IMG/VR virus record: IMGVR_UViG_3300042462_000689
Length of the DNA: 64,000 nt
Direction: 5' to 3' (one strand)
Origin: a virus
Shown in pieces: positions 62,048 through 64,000 of the stretch. The notes under the pieces were generated by a model. The model ran no database searches. It saw only the letters and a program-made list of their open reading frames with translations, and was not told the origin of the DNA. The translations under genes were made by a program, and so were the position numbers. The first letter of the stretch is position 1. Each line of letters begins with the position of its first letter.

Positions 62048-62923
62048 ATGCGTGAAGTCAATTTGCAGTTCCTGAATAATTTGGATAATCCGAAAAAGGA
62101 GAGCCCCTCTGAAATGCGCATGCCCATTTTTCGAATGCACGGTTTGACTGGAGTGTATTGCGCAATTCATCGCGAAACCGGAATGTGTTATGTGGGGAGT
62201 GCTTCAGTCAGCATTCAACGGCGGTACACGGCGCACCTGAGGCAAGCTAGGTGTGGGAGTAAAACTGCGTTTCACTCGGCAATTAGAAAATACGGAGCGT
62301 CTGCGTGCGATTTCGAGGTGCTGCGTGAGTGTAAGCCCGCTGAGGTTTTGAAGTGGGAGACTTTTTATATCAAATTTCTGAATTCGGCTTCCGTGGAAGG
62401 CTTTAATACCGTGACCGAACCAGGAACCACCTTGCTCGGGTTCAAGAAAACGGAGGTCATGCGTTCACGTATCTCGCAGGCAAACAAAGGAAATGTTTTC
62501 TCGGCGGAGAGTCGCGAGAACATGTCCAAGGCTAAAAAAGGAAGGCCTATTGCGCCAGAGGTAATGGTGCAAAGGTTAGAGTACTACAAGACACATCCGA
62601 CATCCACAGAGACCAGAGCAAAGATATCCAAAGCAGTGAAAGGAAGGAAGGCTTCTCCAGAAACCATTGTTAAGATAGCGGCTGCAGCACGAGGGAGGAC
62701 GTGGTCAGAAGCGGCAAGAAAGCAGATGTCCGCTACACGAACGGGTAGAAAGGCGTCCGACGAGACCCGTAATAAAATGTCCCAATCGAAAAAAGGAAAA
62801 CCCAAGTCTGAGGAGACCAAACGGCGCATGGTCTTGGCGTGGCAAATACGCAAACAGAAGAAAGCCGAAATGAAGGCAGCGCAGGAATTGGCAAACGCCC
62901 CGGAAACGAGCTATACTTCCTGA
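62048..62923 (+). CDS. GIY-YIG homing endonuclease with NUMOD3-like repeats
   Basis: GVYCAI...CYVGS, R...H, WETFYI, GFN; repeated S.E(T/S)R.K(M/I)S.(A/S).KG. Confidence 0.85.
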   Translation: MREVNLQFLNNLDNPKKESPSEMRMPIFRMHGLTGVYCAIHRETGMCYVGSASVSIQRRYTAHLRQARCGSKTAFHSAIRKYGASACDFEVLRECKPAEVLKWETFYIKFLNSASVEGFNTVTEPGTTLLGFKKTEVMRSRISQANKGNVFSAESRENMSKAKKGRPIAPEVMVQRLEYYKTHPTSTETRAKISKAVKGRKASPETIVKIAAAARGRTWSEAARKQMSATRTGRKASDETRNKMSQSKKGKPKSEETKRRMVLAWQIRKQKKAEMKAAQELANAPETSYTS

Positions 62924-62924
62924 C

Positions 62925-63146
62925 ATGCCCCATCACCGCACCGCCGATGAAATGCTGAAGTCCCTGCAGGAAAGCGGCCTCTTCACGCACCAGCGTTCCA
63001 AATCAAAGGACTTCAAAAAGCCGGAGGACGCGACACCCGTGAACACAGACAAGACCGATCCGCTGCTGCCAGTGGAATCCATGATGCCCGAAACCATTCT
63101 ACCGAAGACGATGGCCGCGCAGGGATTGATCCTCAGGCAGCCGTAG
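62925..63146 (+). CDS. small hypothetical protein
   Basis: 73 aa, 1 nt after previous stop. Confidence 0.55.
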   Translation: MPHHRTADEMLKSLQESGLFTHQRSKSKDFKKPEDATPVNTDKTDPLLPVESMMPETILPKTMAAQGLILRQP

Positions 63147-63161
63147 GATACCATCTTCCAA

Positions 63162-64000
63162 ATGTCGACGCCCGCCATCCCAACGCCACCAGTCGCCCCG
63201 CCAGCGACGTCTGATCCTCTAAATCCAGGACAGCCGCTGAAGCTGACTGCGAATGAGACAGCGGCCGTGGACCCAAAATTTCAAAGACAGCATCCTGCGC
63301 TGGCGGCCATGTGGCGGCACAAGCCCTACGACACGATGACGCGCTCCCTGCCCTACCAGGCGGGCAATTGGCTCACATCCAATTTCCAAGGCATGGCCAA
63401 GCACATCGCTCCGCTGTTTCAACAGGGTGCGGGTCGCGGGGCGTTGGCCGGCGGCGGCATGGGCTTGCTGGCTGGTTTCCTTGGCGACAAAGCCATGCAG
63501 TATTTCACCGGCAAAGATCCCGGCATGACCTGGAAGCTCGGGCTTCTCGGTGCCGGACTCGGCGGATATGCCGGGTACCAGAAGAAAGCAACTCACATGC
63601 AAAACAAATCACTCACCAAAGTGGCCGCCGCCATGGTCGCCGCACTCAATCACACGGACGCACAGCAGACCCGTATTGCGCTGCATACGGATGCCTCGCT
63701 CCATCAGAGCGCCGAGGCCGCGCAGGGGGTAATGGAGAAGGTGGCATTTCAAATCGCGGCCGATGCCTACGCCCACGCCGCGAAGATGGACACGCCAGAA
63801 TTTCATCTATTCACCAAGTTTGCGGAGATGCGCCGCTGGTCGAACGATTTGCAGCCCTATTCGGACTGCGTGCTGTCCGCCCTCGGGCGCAATGCACGGT
63901 ATCGTAGGGACCTGGAAGCGGAGGAGCGGGCCTATATCACGAAAGCGGCCGGTGTCGCCGAGGTCATGGCGACTCTCGCGAAAGTCCTGCCTGGCGCGAC
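63162..64000 (+). CDS. K-x-A-rich putative virion protein with glycine-zipper-like segment (partial, runs off window)
   Basis: Translated by hand, open for 279 codons (MSTPAIPTPP...); GAGRGALAGGGMGLLAG; KKA, KVA, KVA, KFA and KAA motifs. Confidence 0.75.
   Translation, partial: MSTPAIPTPPVAPPATSDPLNPGQPLKLTANETAAVDPKFQRQHPALAAMWRHKPYDTMTRSLPYQAGNWLTSNFQGMAKHIAPLFQQGAGRGALAGGGMGLLAGFLGDKAMQYFTGKDPGMTWKLGLLGAGLGGYAGYQKKATHMQNKSLTKVAAAMVAALNHTDAQQTRIALHTDASLHQSAEAAQGVMEKVAFQIAADAYAHAAKMDTPEFHLFTKFAEMRRWSNDLQPYSDCVLSALGRNARYRRDLEAEERAYITKAAGVAEVMATLAKVLPGA

Noticed and set aside
1-64000. tRNA/rRNA genes, stop-codon recoding, reverse transcriptase/DGR, integrase or IS
   Set aside because: No such signatures seen by eye; genes tile densely in the standard code. 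tRNAscan/Infernal were not run.

Overview
This 64-kb window looks like part of a large (probably jumbo) tailed dsDNA phage genome. It is GC-rich, densely coding in the standard code and mostly on the + strand. Replication/recombination genes: UDG-like/PolA fusion with an intein, DnaB, DnaG-like primase, RecA, RecQ, an SF2 helicase, SbcC/SbcD and RNase H. Transcription genes: a sigma-70-family factor and two separate fragments of a multisubunit RNA polymerase beta subunit. Morphogenesis genes: terminase large subunit and a probable portal. There are also four homing endonucleases and many small accessory genes. Main observations: (1) a 1357-aa multidomain protein joining an RpoB N-terminal fragment, an Acb1-like 2H phosphodiesterase, a DUF6624-like domain and others, with K-x-A motifs at most domain boundaries; the same motif is enriched in other putative virion proteins, suggesting protease-processed polyproteins. 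(2) A PolA intein whose HNH endonuclease lies in the +1 frame. (3) A stand-alone RAMP/Cas7-like gene beside a helicase, with no CRISPR array in the window. (4) A thrice-repeated GAAATA-N16-CATATA promoter-like motif. All family calls come from motif recognition by eye; no database searches were run.
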